Source: Clostridia bacterium
GTDB taxonomy: Bacteria > Bacillota > Clostridia > Christensenellales > RUG350
Direction: 5' to 3'
Assembly (NCBI GenBank): GCA_017407285.1
Contig: JAFQWW010000065.1
Span: 1 to 51,417 of the forward strand
Length of the DNA: 51,417 bases
The position numbers were made by a program, and so were the translations under genes. The first letter of the stretch is position 1. Each line of letters opens with the position of its first letter. The notes beneath the pieces were generated by a model. The model was not told the DNA's origin, did not search any database, and saw only the letters and a list, made by a program, of their open reading frames with translations. Below are positions 8,369-18,606 of the stretch, one piece after another.

Positions 8369-10498
8369 TTATTCGCAATCTTCGCAGTTGCAATCACAAC
8401 AACCGCAAGCCTCTGCTGCGTGCTCGTCTGCGCAAGCGCAGGTGTCGCAATCGTCTTCGCAGGGACAGTTGTCACAATCTTCTTCACACTCGCAACCGAA
8501 GCAAGCGTCTTCCAAGCAAAGGTTGTTTTCGATAGCCATGAATGCTTTTTCTACTACGTTATCTACCGTAAATCCGTAATGTTCGAAAAGAACTTTAGCG
8601 GGAGCAGATGCACCGAAGGTGTCCATGGTTACCATTTCACCGTCAAGACCAACGTACTTGTACCAGCTGTATGCAGAACCTGCCTCAACTGCTACTCTTG
8701 CACGAGTGTAAGAAGGAATTACGCTCTCTTTGTACTCTTCATCCTGAGCCTCGAAGATCTCCATACAGGGCATAGATACGCAACGTGCTTCAATGCCACG
8801 AGTTTTGAGTTCTTCTTGTGCTTTCAAGATAAGTTCAACTTCACTACCACTTGCCATCAAGAGTACGTCGGGTTCGCCTTCGCAATCAGAGATAACGTAA
8901 CCACCCTTCAAAGCGTTCTTAGCAGACATTTCGCCGTACTGGGGAAGATTTTGACGGGTAAGTACCAAAGCGGTAGGTCCTTGACCGGTAACTGCGGAAA
9001 TCCAAGCAGCAGTGGTCTCGTTACCGTCTGCAGGACGGAATACCTTCATGTTAGGAATACTTCTCAAAGAAATGAGTTGCTCTACGGGCTCGTGAGTAGG
9101 TCCGTCCTCGCCAACGCCGATAGAGTCGTGCGTCAAAACGTAGGTTACGGGGATATTCATCAACGCGGACATTCTCATTGCGTTCTTCATGTAATCACAG
9201 AATACGAAGAAGGTAGCGCAGTAAACTTTAAGACCGCCGTGCAAGGTCATACCGTTACAGATAGCAGCCATAGCGTGCTCACGAATACCGAAGTGGAGGT
9301 TTGCGCCCGTTCTATTCTCAACGGAGAAATCTCCGCGCTCTTTCATATAGCTCATGTTGGAAGGAGCAAGGTCTGCAGAACCACCGATGAGGTTGGGAAC
9401 GATCTGAGCCAAACGGTTGATCATGATACCACTGGTGTTACGGGTAGCGTCTGCTTTTTCCCACTGCCACAAAGAGTCAACGTTAACCAAATCTTCGGTT
9501 TTGCCACTGAGCCATTTATCGAACTCTGCGTACTCTGCGGGGAACTGTGCTTTATACTCTTTAACGAGTCTCTTCCATTTGTTTTCTGCTCTCTTACCTT
9601 TGGAGATTGCTTTCTTAGCAACTTCTTTAACCTCTTCGGGTACTTCGAACGGATCACAAGTCCAGTTCATATCAGCTTTCATCTTAGCGATGTTCTCTTC
9701 TCCTAAAGGAGCACCGTGGCATTTGTGGTTACCTGCCATGGGAGAACCGTAACCGATGATAGATTTCAAGATAATAAGAGAAGGTTTATTGGTTTCTTTC
9801 TTTGCTTTCTTGATAGCCTTACGGATAGCTTCGAGGTCGTTAGCGTCTGCAACGTTTATAACCTGCCAACCTTGTGCTTCGTGACGTTTACCAACGTTCT
9901 CACGGAAAGCGATATCGGTGTCACCTTCGATGGTGATATCGTTATCATCGTAGAAAACGATAAGTTTACCGAGTCCCAAAGTACCTGCTAAAGATGCAGC
10001 CTCTGCCTCGATACCTTCCATCATACAACCGTCACCGCAAAGAGCGTAGGTGTAGTGATCAACGATGGGGAAACCTTCTTTGTTGAATTTAGCAGAGAGA
10101 TAAGCTTCTGCCATAGCCATACCAACTGCGTTAGCGATACCTTGACCTAAAGGACCGGTGCTGGTGTCAACGCCTTTGGTGTGATGATATTCGGGGTGAC
10201 CGGGAGTGAGAGATCCAAACTGTCTGAAAGACATCAAATCTTCTTTAGTCAAGCCGAAGCCGAAAAGATGCAAGAGAGAATAAACAAGCATAGAACCGTG
10301 TCCTGCAGAGAGAACGAAACGGTCACGATTGAAGAAATCGGGGTTCTTGGGGTTGTAAACCATCTGGTTAGCGTAGAGTTCGTAACCGATAGGTGCAGTA
10401 CCAAGGGGAAGACCGGGGTGACCGGACTTAGCTTTCTGGATTGCTTCAGCGGATAATATTCTTATCGCATCAATAGTTAACTTTTCAGTCGTATTCAT
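8369..10498 (-). CDS. tkt: Transketolase with an atypical Cys/Asp/Glu-rich C-terminal extension
   Basis: The start is trimmed to the ATG at 10498 (MNTTEKLTIDAIR...), preceded by GGAGGG. Transketolase motifs are present (SGHPG, GHGSMLxYSLLHL, GEDGPTHEP). The last 51 residues contain 16 Cys. Confidence 0.9.
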   Translation of the reverse strand: MNTTEKLTIDAIRILSAEAIQKAKSGHPGLPLGTAPIGYELYANQMVYNPKNPDFFNRDRFVLSAGHGSMLVYSLLHLFGFGLTKEDLMSFRQFGSLTPGHPEYHHTKGVDTSTGPLGQGIANAVGMAMAEAYLSAKFNKEGFPIVDHYTYALCGDGCMMEGIEAEAASLAGTLGLGKLIVFYDDNDITIEGDTDIAFRENVGKRHEAQGWQVINVADANDLEAIRKAIKKAKKETNKPSLIILKSIIGYGSPMAGNHKCHGAPLGEENIAKMKADMNWTCDPFEVPEEVKEVAKKAISKGKRAENKWKRLVKEYKAQFPAEYAEFDKWLSGKTEDLVNVDSLWQWEKADATRNTSGIMINRLAQIVPNLIGGSADLAPSNMSYMKERGDFSVENRTGANLHFGIREHAMAAICNGMTLHGGLKVYCATFFVFCDYMKNAMRMSALMNIPVTYVLTHDSIGVGEDGPTHEPVEQLISLRSIPNMKVFRPADGNETTAAWISAVTGQGPTALVLTRQNLPQYGEMSAKNALKGGYVISDCEGEPDVLLMASGSEVELILKAQEELKTRGIEARCVSMPCMEIFEAQDEEYKESVIPSYTRARVAVEAGSAYSWYKYVGLDGEMVTMDTFGASAPAKVLFEHYGFTVDNVVEKAFMAIENNLCLEDACFGCECEEDCDNCPCEDDCDTCACADEHAAEACGCCDCNCEDCE

Positions 10499-10620
10499 AA
10501 TACCCTCCGTATTTTTATTCAATTCATACTCTTTTGATTATATCAAATAACTCCCCCGACTGCAACACTTTTGACTAATTTCTACCAAAAATGTTAATTT
10601 CGGAGGAGTTAATTATCACT

Positions 10621-11601
10621 TTACAACGTTATTGGTATCACGAGAGATAATAGCATTAGCATTAAAGGCACGCAAACTATACTAAGTATGGTGCTCATCA
10701 ACACTCCTTTTACGGCAATCTTGCTACCCTCAAGAGAACCGAACATATCGTTCATATACATATTAGAAGTAGCGCTCGGCATACCTGCTATAACGAAACA
10801 CGTCAACACGACTATAGCGCCCACCTGCCCGATAAATGGATAGGACACTAAAAACATCACGATAGGTGCGACTACGAGTTTTAGAGCGCAAGTTAGATAC
10901 ACCCTCCAATCTAAAACGAGTTCTTTCAAATTCATTCTCGCAAGATATACGCCCATAAGTATCATAGATATAGGGGCTGCAAGGTTTTGACAATGAGTCA
11001 AGAAGGAAAATAAAGGTCCGGGTAACCTAGTATTCGTAAAGAATAAAGGAAGGGCTACTACCAAGGCTAGAGTCGGCGGATTTAGTAATATTTGTTTGAT
11101 ATTTATATACTTTTTATCTCCCGTTATTATATATATTCCTATCGTCCAAGTGAACATATTGAAGAATAACATATACACGGCGGTATATAAAAGAGCTTCG
11201 GGATTTCCGGGCAACAATTCTTGAAGAAAAGGTATACCCATAAAACCGCAGTTTGCAAACGTCGAGGTTATAGTGAGAGTTCGCATTTCGTTGCGTTTTT
11301 TACTCTCTACCCCCTCTTTGAATCCTTTATTAAATATCAATCGTCCAATAAGCAAGGATATGAGCATGCTCACCATACTAAATATCGCGACGTAACCCAT
11401 ATTTACTAGTAATCCCGGTCTATATTCGTTTATTTGAAAGGAATATATCGAGATTGCAGGTTGGGCAACGTAACTGAGTATCATGGACAAACCCTTATTC
11501 ATGTTAGGCGGTAATTTACCCGATTTTTCAAGTAAAAAACCGGGTATGCAAAGTCCAACTAATAATAGTCCGCTATATAATGCCGTAAGCGCTAGATTCA
11601 T
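10621..11601 (-). CDS. AEC (auxin efflux carrier) family transporter
   Basis: This is a ~10-TM protein with typical Mem_trans composition. It overlaps the upstream gene by 4 nt. Confidence 0.75.
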   Translation of the reverse strand: MNLALTALYSGLLLVGLCIPGFLLEKSGKLPPNMNKGLSMILSYVAQPAISIYSFQINEYRPGLLVNMGYVAIFSMVSMLISLLIGRLIFNKGFKEGVESKKRNEMRTLTITSTFANCGFMGIPFLQELLPGNPEALLYTAVYMLFFNMFTWTIGIYIITGDKKYINIKQILLNPPTLALVVALPLFFTNTRLPGPLFSFLTHCQNLAAPISMILMGVYLARMNLKELVLDWRVYLTCALKLVVAPIVMFLVSYPFIGQVGAIVVLTCFVIAGMPSATSNMYMNDMFGSLEGSKIAVKGVLMSTILSIVCVPLMLMLLSLVIPITL

Positions 11602-12740
11602 AATTCTTTAATGTAACAACGTTTTCTCTTATGCTGAATATGATCAAATCCGTCCCAAAGGTTGTTAATTTGAAGATTTTCTTCAAGAGTACCGTTGGTT
11701 TCTGCGTATTTGATGCCTTTATCTATCAAATTACTCAAAATTCTATCCATAATAACGGCAGGAACGCCTCTGCTTTGCCATTCGGGAGCAACCGCTATTA
11801 GTATCATTTCTACGGTGTCGTGCTTTCCGTTTATGGCTTTTAGAAGGTTGAATATACCCTTCAAGTTGAGTTTTCCACCGCATTTGTTGAGCGCGTTCCA
11901 CAAAGGTGCGAACACTAAACCAAAACCTATCAAATTTCCCTCTTTATCCTCAACCAAAGATATGTATTCGGGCTTAATAACGAGCATAATTTGGGAAACG
12001 GTAGCGTCTATTACCCTTTGAGTGAAAGGTACGGTACCGTGTAAGTGCGCGTAACAAGTATTCAATAAATCAAATATTCTATCCTTTTCACGACCAACGA
12101 GTTTACCAACCTTGGTTTTGTTGTCTACAATCTCGCGAAGTTCGTATTTCTTCTTCAAAATCTCCGCAACTTGGGAAATTTTCTTAACGTTTCTATCATT
12201 TCTATCTTGAGGAATATTTATTCTTCTCTCTACCCAGTCAACTTGTTTTTTGAATCCTAATTCTTCTACGTGTCTTTGATAGTAATCGAAATTGTAGCTA
12301 CCACCGTAAGTGGAAGGATAATCAAATCCCTCGACGAGCATACCCTCTTTATCCAAGTCAACGTAACCCATAGGTCCGTTTATGTGAGTCATGCCACACT
12401 CTTTTGCGTACTTTTCCCCTGCTTCAAACAAAGCTTTAGTTACGTTCACGTCGTCTATAACGTCAAAACGGGAAAATCTTGCACATTTTTCTCCGCTCTT
12501 TTTGTTATGCGCGTGATTGATGATGACTGCAAGTCTGCCTGCAACCTTTCCGTCTTTATACGCCAAGAAAAATTTGTTATCCGCAAAATCGGAATACATA
12601 TTTTTTTCAGGATCGATAAGGTTTTTCTCGTCTCCGTAGAAAGAAGGACAAAAGTTTTTATTTCCTTTGTACAACTCTAAGGGGAAAGAAGCAAACTTCT
12701 TCATCTCTTTTTTTGTCGTGAGTTCTTTAACGACTATCAT
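11598..12740 (-). CDS. Uncharacterised GNAT-like acetyltransferase family protein
   Basis: The N-terminus MIVVKELTTKKEMKKFASFPLELYKGNKNFCPSFYGDEK matches a recurrent Firmicute GNAT-like family, as I recall it. The match was not verified. Confidence 0.45.
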   Translation of the reverse strand: MIVVKELTTKKEMKKFASFPLELYKGNKNFCPSFYGDEKNLIDPEKNMYSDFADNKFFLAYKDGKVAGRLAVIINHAHNKKSGEKCARFSRFDVIDDVNVTKALFEAGEKYAKECGMTHINGPMGYVDLDKEGMLVEGFDYPSTYGGSYNFDYYQRHVEELGFKKQVDWVERRINIPQDRNDRNVKKISQVAEILKKKYELREIVDNKTKVGKLVGREKDRIFDLLNTCYAHLHGTVPFTQRVIDATVSQIMLVIKPEYISLVEDKEGNLIGFGLVFAPLWNALNKCGGKLNLKGIFNLLKAINGKHDTVEMILIAVAPEWQSRGVPAVIMDRILSNLIDKGIKYAETNGTLEENLQINNLWDGFDHIQHKRKRCYIKEL

Positions 12741-12801
12741 AAAAAAATCTCCTTATTATAATCTCTTTTTCTCTATAAAACACTCGCAAAGCGAGGATTT
12801 A

Positions 12802-13536
12802 TCAATATTCAACGGAGTGCAGTCTAAGTCCCTTTGCGGACACAGTCTTGCCACAAAGTTTGCGATTTTTTTCCTCTATGGCTTGAGCCAAGTCCTCGAC
12901 CTTCTTTTTTCCGTAACCGATATCCAATAGCGTTCCAACGATGATGCGAACCATATTATATAAAAATCCGCTGCCACACACTAAAAAAACTATTTCCTCT
13001 CCCTTTTGGATAATATCTATGGAATAAATCTCTCTCACCGTGTCCACTACGCTTGAACCAGACGCTAGAAAACATCTAAAGTCGTGTTTTCCAACTACGA
13101 CCTTTGCGCCCTCTTTCATTTTCTCTATATCGGGTAGTTTGTCAATACGCAAAGAATACCTATCTTTCAAAGGTAAAACGGTATCCGCAACGTACACGGA
13201 GTATAAATAGGTCTTTTTCTTTGCAGAGTACCTTGCGTGGAAGCCCTCTCCTGCCTCTTTACTGCTCAACACTCTCACGTCGTCTGGAAGTTTTGCGTTA
13301 ACTGCAAGACTAATTTTTTTAGCAGGAACGGAGGTTTCCATATCCACGTGGGCTACTTGAGCCTCCGCGTGAACTCCTGCATCCGTTCTGCCAGATCCTA
13401 CTAGTTTGACCTCTCCTACCGCTATAGTCTTGAGAGCGCGAACAAGGACTTGCTGAACGCTTTCTCCATTCTTTTGAGATTGCCAACCGCAATAATTCGT
13501 GCCGTCGTATTGAATTGTCAAAACGTATCTTTTCAT
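12802..13536 (-). CDS. truA: tRNA pseudouridine(38-40) synthase TruA
   Basis: The motifs are YDGTNYCGWQSQ and GSGRTDAGVHA. It sits directly after ecfT, as is typical in Firmicutes. Confidence 0.9.
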   Translation of the reverse strand: MKRYVLTIQYDGTNYCGWQSQKNGESVQQVLVRALKTIAVGEVKLVGSGRTDAGVHAEAQVAHVDMETSVPAKKISLAVNAKLPDDVRVLSSKEAGEGFHARYSAKKKTYLYSVYVADTVLPLKDRYSLRIDKLPDIEKMKEGAKVVVGKHDFRCFLASGSSVVDTVREIYSIDIIQKGEEIVFLVCGSGFLYNMVRIIVGTLLDIGYGKKKVEDLAQAIEEKNRKLCGKTVSAKGLRLHSVEY

Positions 13537-14354
13537 ATAAGCAAAAGCAGTAAACTATTATCCACTATGATAAACGCCAAGTAGGCAAGATAGAATATCG
13601 ATCCTATTATATCTCTAACCGATATACGTCTAACCTTGTGTTTCGTTCTCTTGACGGGCGCGCCGTAACAACGAGAATCCATCGCTAAACTCAACTCGTC
13701 CGCACGTCTAAACGCACTTATAAACAAGGGTATCAATACGGGTAAAAGCGCTTTAGCCCTCTTAATAATGCCACCCGAGGAAAAATCCGCGCCACGAGAG
13801 GACTGTGCCATAATAATTTTATCCGTTTCTTCCATCAAAATAGGGATAAAACGAAGGGTAATACTCATAATGACCGCTATATCGTGTACGGGCACTCTAA
13901 TAAGTTTTAGAGGAGATAGTAAACTCTCTATTCCGTCCGTCAACTCCACGGGCGTAGTCGTAAAGGTCAAAAGGGAAGTTCCCATAACCAAGAAGATGAG
14001 CCTGAACGCCATTTGCATAGCGAACAAAAGTCCTCCGTCCGTTACTTTGATTATCCACCAAGAAAAGACTACGGTAGTGGATTCGCCTTGATAGAACAAA
14101 ATATTTAATATAGCGGTAAAAAGCACTAAGAATATTACGGCTTTCACGCTTTTTAATACCGTTTTCAATGGAATACGCGCGACTACTATGGTCGTTATCA
14201 ACACAAACGCCGTCGCGATATATCCGCTATAAGTCTGTACCAAAAATATGGTAACGATATAGAGAATCATCAAGAGTATTTTAACTCTTGCGTCCATTCT
14301 ATGCACGAAGGAATTTTTAGGATAGTATTGACCGAAGGTAACGTCTCTTAACAT
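13533..14354 (-). CDS. ecfT: ECF transporter transmembrane (T) component
   Basis: This is a polytopic membrane protein with an EcfT/CbiQ-like ARG...R signature region (SSRGADF). It lies downstream of two EcfA ATPases. Confidence 0.85.
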   Translation of the reverse strand: MLRDVTFGQYYPKNSFVHRMDARVKILLMILYIVTIFLVQTYSGYIATAFVLITTIVVARIPLKTVLKSVKAVIFLVLFTAILNILFYQGESTTVVFSWWIIKVTDGGLLFAMQMAFRLIFLVMGTSLLTFTTTPVELTDGIESLLSPLKLIRVPVHDIAVIMSITLRFIPILMEETDKIIMAQSSRGADFSSGGIIKRAKALLPVLIPLFISAFRRADELSLAMDSRCYGAPVKRTKHKVRRISVRDIIGSIFYLAYLAFIIVDNSLLLLLI

Positions 14355-15202
14355 TTTTTCACCCTCCGAGCAATAAGGTCTGCAAGTTCACTCTTTCTGC
14401 ATACCGTTTGACCTAAATCCACGCCCCTATCTCTAAGTTTTTGTATAACGGATACGGCAACGGGAAGTTCAAGCCCCGCTACGTCCACCAAATCTTTTCT
14501 TGAGAAAAGTTCGTCGGGCGTTAAACACGCCAAAAGTTCGCCCTTGTGCATAAGAGCGATTCTATCCGCCATATCCGATATCTCATCCATATTATGAGAT
14601 ATCATAATAACGGTGGGTGAGCAAGTTTTTTGTAAATTTTTAACGAGATCTAATATCTCTTTTTTGCCTTGAGGATCAAGTCCTGCGGTAGGCTCGTCCA
14701 AAACCAAGATTTCTGGGCGCATAGCGATAACGCCTGCTATCGCAACTCGTCTTTTTTGTCCTCCCGACAAATCAAAGGGCGATTTTTGTCCAATTTCGTC
14801 TACGTTTAGACCAACGAGTTGTAAACTCTCTCTTACCCTCTCTTTGATCTCGTCCTCTTTAAGTCCCATATTTTTAGGACCAAACCCAACGTCTTTTTCC
14901 ACGGTTTCGTCGAATAGTTGGTATTCAGGATATTGAAATACGACGCCGACCTTTTTTCTAACCGCTTTGTAATCGGGTTTTTTACAAGAAAGATCTATAC
15001 CCGACACCACGATTTTACCCTCTTGACAAGGCAATAATCCGTTTATATGTTGTATAAGCGTAGATTTACCCGAACCCGTGCTACCGATAATACCCAAAAA
15101 CTCTCCGTCACGAATTTCCAAAGACAAATTTTTCAACGCCTTTTTTTCGTACGGAGTTTTCTTCATATAGGTAAAGGAAAGATTTTCTATAACAATCGAC
15201 AT
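14348..15202 (-). CDS. ecfA2: ECF transporter ATPase EcfA2
   Basis: It has Walker A GSTGSGKST, the ABC signature LSGGQKRRV and Walker B ILVLDEP. Confidence 0.9.
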   Translation of the reverse strand: MSIVIENLSFTYMKKTPYEKKALKNLSLEIRDGEFLGIIGSTGSGKSTLIQHINGLLPCQEGKIVVSGIDLSCKKPDYKAVRKKVGVVFQYPEYQLFDETVEKDVGFGPKNMGLKEDEIKERVRESLQLVGLNVDEIGQKSPFDLSGGQKRRVAIAGVIAMRPEILVLDEPTAGLDPQGKKEILDLVKNLQKTCSPTVIMISHNMDEISDMADRIALMHKGELLACLTPDELFSRKDLVDVAGLELPVAVSVIQKLRDRGVDLGQTVCRKSELADLIARRVKKC

Positions 15203-16011
15203 AATTCCTCCACCAACTCGTCCTCTTTGTGCACGACGCCTATCTCCACGCCACGCTCTCTAAGCATATCGGCAAGCGCCATAACGGGGGGTAAACCAAG
15301 CTGATAAGTCGATAACTCACTGCGTTTTGAAAAAACCTCCTCAGGTCTGCCTTGCATAACTATTTCTCCACCGTCCACGACGACAACTCTGTCCGCGCCT
15401 ACACACTCCTCCATATAGTGAGTTATGTGTATAACGGTGATGTTTTCCTTTTTATTAAGTTCGCGAACGGTATCCATTACCTCACGTCTACCACGAGGAT
15501 CAAGCATTGCCGTTGCTTCGTCCAAAACGAGCACTCTAGGCTTTAGCGCAAGGACGCCTGCTATTGCAATACGCTGTTTTTGACCACCCGAAAGTTTGTT
15601 AGGCGTACCGTGACGATACTCCTCCATTCCAACTGCTTTTAGCGCCCAATCAATGCGCGCCTTTATCTCTTCTCTTGGAATACCCAAGTTCTCCGGTCCA
15701 AACGCTACGTCGTCTTCCACTATGCTTGCAACCATTTGGTTATCGGGGTTTTGGAATACCATACCCACGTTTTTGCGTACGTCAAAAATCGTAGACTCCT
15801 CTTTGGTGTCCACGCCGAATACCTTAATACTGCCCTCACTTGGAGTTAACAATCCGTTTATGGTCTTGGCAAGGGTAGATTTTCCACTACCGTTTCTACC
15901 AACGACGCACACGAACTCTCCTTCCTCTATTTGAAGGCTCACGGACTTTAAAACGTCCCCGCTTTTTTTGTCGTAACCAAAGGTCACGTTGTCAATCACT
16001 ATTGCGCTCAT
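15187..16011 (-). CDS. ecfA1: ECF transporter ATPase EcfA1
   Basis: It has Walker A GRNGSGKST, the signature LSGGQKQRI and Walker B VLVLDEA. I chose the start at 16011 (MSAIVIDNVTF). An alternative ATG at 16020 exists. Neither start has a well-spaced SD. Confidence 0.85.
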   Translation of the reverse strand: MSAIVIDNVTFGYDKKSGDVLKSVSLQIEEGEFVCVVGRNGSGKSTLAKTINGLLTPSEGSIKVFGVDTKEESTIFDVRKNVGMVFQNPDNQMVASIVEDDVAFGPENLGIPREEIKARIDWALKAVGMEEYRHGTPNKLSGGQKQRIAIAGVLALKPRVLVLDEATAMLDPRGRREVMDTVRELNKKENITVIHITHYMEECVGADRVVVVDGGEIVMQGRPEEVFSKRSELSTYQLGLPPVMALADMLRERGVEIGVVHKEDELVEELCRLL

Positions 16012-16018
16012 AGTCCTC

Positions 16019-16047
16019 ATTATAACACTACTTTTCCCAAAATGCAA
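16019..16047 (-). promoter_or_regulatory. Candidate sigma-A promoter of the ecf-truA operon (possibly producing a leaderless mRNA)
   Basis: On the minus strand the sequence reads TTGCAT-17 nt-TATAAT with an upstream TG (TGTTATAAT). The -10 element ends 7 nt before the ATG at 16011. Confidence 0.4.
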
Positions 16048-16119
16048 ATATTTGATAACGCTTGCGCCTTTTGCAACGATCTGCAAACCAAAACGACTAT
16101 GAAAATTTTGTCATTGCAT

Positions 16120-16150
16120 AAAAAAAAGAGAGTGGAAACCACTCTCTTTT
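16120..16150 (-). terminator. Terminator after serA
   Basis: The hairpin is GAGAGTGG-AAA-CCACTCTC, flanked by A- and T-runs. Confidence 0.7.
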
Positions 16151-16160
16151 ATAAATCAAA

Positions 16161-17315
16161 TTATAACGCTCTAACCTTGATAAAACCGTCCGTTTGAGCG
16201 AGTTTTGCTATAAGTTCTGCGCTCGGCTCGGAGTCTACGTCCATAACGAGATATCCAATATCACCACGAGATGCACTCACCATGTTTGCAATATTGATGC
16301 CTGCATTAGCCACGGGCGCGGTAGCAAGCGCTATCATATTGGGAACGTTTTTGTGAATAACGGTGATACGATGAGTATAATTTACAGGCAACGAAACTGC
16401 AGGGAAGTTTACGCTGTTTACGATAGCACCGTTTTCGATATAATCGGTCAACTGTTTTGCAGCCATTACCGCACAGTTGTCCTCTGCTTCTGCAGTAGAT
16501 GCGCCAAGGTGAGGAATGGTAATAACACCCTCAACTCCCAACAAATCTGCAACGGGAAAATCGGTAACGTATTTAGCAATCTTTCCGCTAAGCAATCCTT
16601 CTTTAACGTCGTCGTTGTTGACGAGTTCTCCTCTTGCACAGTTTACGATAACTACGCCGTCCTTCATTTGGCTAATAGTTTCTTTATTGATTACGCCCTT
16701 GGTGTCGGGAGTAAAAGGCATATGAATGGTTACGTAATCTGCTTTTTTGAATACGCCTTCCATTTCCTTTTCGTATCCTACTTTGGAGTCCAGTCTAAGT
16801 GCGCCTGCAACCGATATGAAAGGATCGTAACCAACGACGTTCATACCAAGAGCTATTGCGGTGTTTGCTACTTTAGCGCCGATTGCGCCAAGACCTAATA
16901 CGCCCAAGGTTTTGCCCGTAATTTCTCCACCAACGAATTGGGATTTGCCTTTTTCTACAAGTTTAGCAACGTCCTCTGCTTTATCAAGTCCTTGAGCCCA
17001 GTTGATACCCTCGTAAATCTTACGAGAACCAAGCAAAAGCGCGCAAATTACGAGTTCTTTAACTGCGTTTGCGTTAGCGCCGGGAGTGTTGAAAACAACG
17101 ATACCTTTTTCAGTCATTTGAGGAATAGGTATATTGTTTACGCCTGCACCTGCACGAGCAACCGCCAAGAGGTTAGAACCTACTTCGTAGTCGTGCATTT
17201 TGAAACTTCTGAGCATGATACCGTCGGGGTTTTCCGCGGTATCACTGTACTCGTAATTTTCAAAATACTCGTTTGCAAGTTTGGAAATAGAATTTAATTT
17301 AAGTATTTTTTTCAT
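16161..17315 (-). CDS. serA: D-3-phosphoglycerate dehydrogenase (with C-terminal ACT-like domain)
   Basis: The 2-hydroxyacid dehydrogenase NAD-binding motif GVLGLGAIG is present. The gene is adjacent to serC. Confidence 0.85.
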   Translation of the reverse strand: MKKILKLNSISKLANEYFENYEYSDTAENPDGIMLRSFKMHDYEVGSNLLAVARAGAGVNNIPIPQMTEKGIVVFNTPGANANAVKELVICALLLGSRKIYEGINWAQGLDKAEDVAKLVEKGKSQFVGGEITGKTLGVLGLGAIGAKVANTAIALGMNVVGYDPFISVAGALRLDSKVGYEKEMEGVFKKADYVTIHMPFTPDTKGVINKETISQMKDGVVIVNCARGELVNNDDVKEGLLSGKIAKYVTDFPVADLLGVEGVITIPHLGASTAEAEDNCAVMAAKQLTDYIENGAIVNSVNFPAVSLPVNYTHRITVIHKNVPNMIALATAPVANAGINIANMVSASRGDIGYLVMDVDSEPSAELIAKLAQTDGFIKVRAL

Positions 17316-17325
17316 ATAGCACCTA

Positions 17326-18399
17326 TTATTTGTGTTTCATTTCGAAATCTTTCATGAAAGCGATAAGTTTTTCTACGCCTTCTACGGGCATTGCGTTGTA
17401 AATGGATGCACGCATACCACCTACGAGTCTGTGTCCTTTCAAGGATACAAGACCTGCATTAGCCGCTTCTTTTACAAACTCCGCATCAGACTCAGCGCTA
17501 GGCGTTACGAAAGGTACGTTCATGATAGAACGGCTATCTTTGTGAACGGAGTTGGTGAAGTAGGAAGAATTGTCGATAAAGTCGTACAAAAGTCCTGCTT
17601 TGTATTCGTTGATTTTTTGAATCTCTTTTACGCCACCCAAGCCTTTGATCCACTCAAGTACGAGCATAGCCATATATATGGGGAAGCAAGGAGGGGTATT
17701 GTACATACTCTCAGCGTTAGCTTGAGTGCTGTATTTGAGCATAGTAGGACAATTAGGAGTAGAAGTCTCTGCTAAATCCTTGCGAACGATAACGATAGTC
17801 AAACCAGCGGGTGCGATGTTTTTCTGTGCACCGGCGTAGATTAAACCAAATTTATTAACGTCAACTACACGAGATAAAATCTCGGACGACATATCGCAAA
17901 CCAAGGGAGTGGGGGTTTTGGGGAATTCTGCGTAACGAGTACCAAAAATAGTGTTATTAGAGGTAATGTGTACGTAGTCAGCGTCCGCTCTAAAGTCCTC
18001 GTATGAAACCTTGGGGATATAGGTAAAGTTATCTTCTTTACTGCTTGCAACTATTTTAACGTCGCCGTAACGAGCAGCCTCTTTAGCAGCTTTACCAGAG
18101 AAATTACCGGTAACGATATAATCTGCTTTGCCCGTTTTCATAAGGTTCAAGGGAATAGCGTCAAACTGTTGAGATGCACCACCCTGCAAAAACAAAACGT
18201 GATAATCGTCCGAGATACCCATAACCTCACGGAAAAGTGCCTCGCATTTTTTAGCAACTGCATCGAAAACCTTTCCACGGTGGCTCATCTCGGTAATGCT
18301 CATGCCCGAACCTTCGTAGTCTAAAAACTCTGCTTGTGCCTTTTTCAACACGTCCATAGGAAGCATGCTGGGTCCTGCCGAAAAGTTGTAAACTCTCAT
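17326..18399 (-). CDS. serC: Phosphoserine aminotransferase
   Basis: The start is trimmed to the ATG at 18399 (MRVYNFSAGPSMLP...), which has an AAGGAG RBS. This is the typical SerC N-terminus. Confidence 0.9.
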   Translation of the reverse strand: MRVYNFSAGPSMLPMDVLKKAQAEFLDYEGSGMSITEMSHRGKVFDAVAKKCEALFREVMGISDDYHVLFLQGGASQQFDAIPLNLMKTGKADYIVTGNFSGKAAKEAARYGDVKIVASSKEDNFTYIPKVSYEDFRADADYVHITSNNTIFGTRYAEFPKTPTPLVCDMSSEILSRVVDVNKFGLIYAGAQKNIAPAGLTIVIVRKDLAETSTPNCPTMLKYSTQANAESMYNTPPCFPIYMAMLVLEWIKGLGGVKEIQKINEYKAGLLYDFIDNSSYFTNSVHKDSRSIMNVPFVTPSAESDAEFVKEAANAGLVSLKGHRLVGGMRASIYNAMPVEGVEKLIAFMKDFEMKHK

Positions 18400-18606
18400 T
18401 TTATATAACTCCTTTGAGATTAAAATTCTAATTAGAATAATTATACAACAATTAATCAAAACTTGCAACTTTTTGACAAAGGTTTACAACCGCTCAAATC
18501 AAGTGTAAAAAACTAACTTTTTTTGTGAGTTTTTAACAAAATTTCTCATACGCGTAATATATCGACAATGTTTTCTCTATAAAGGTACTCCAAATTTTAG
18601 TAAAAT

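Noticed and set aside
8420-9706. 428-aa plus-strand ORF antisense to tkt, and similar shadows of rhaA (35697..36836), eutH (47536..48327), the surface protein (31910..32665, 32879..33451, 34199..34894) and serA (16194..16898)
   Set aside because: Each lies opposite a confidently identified gene. None has a recognisable motif or translation signal.
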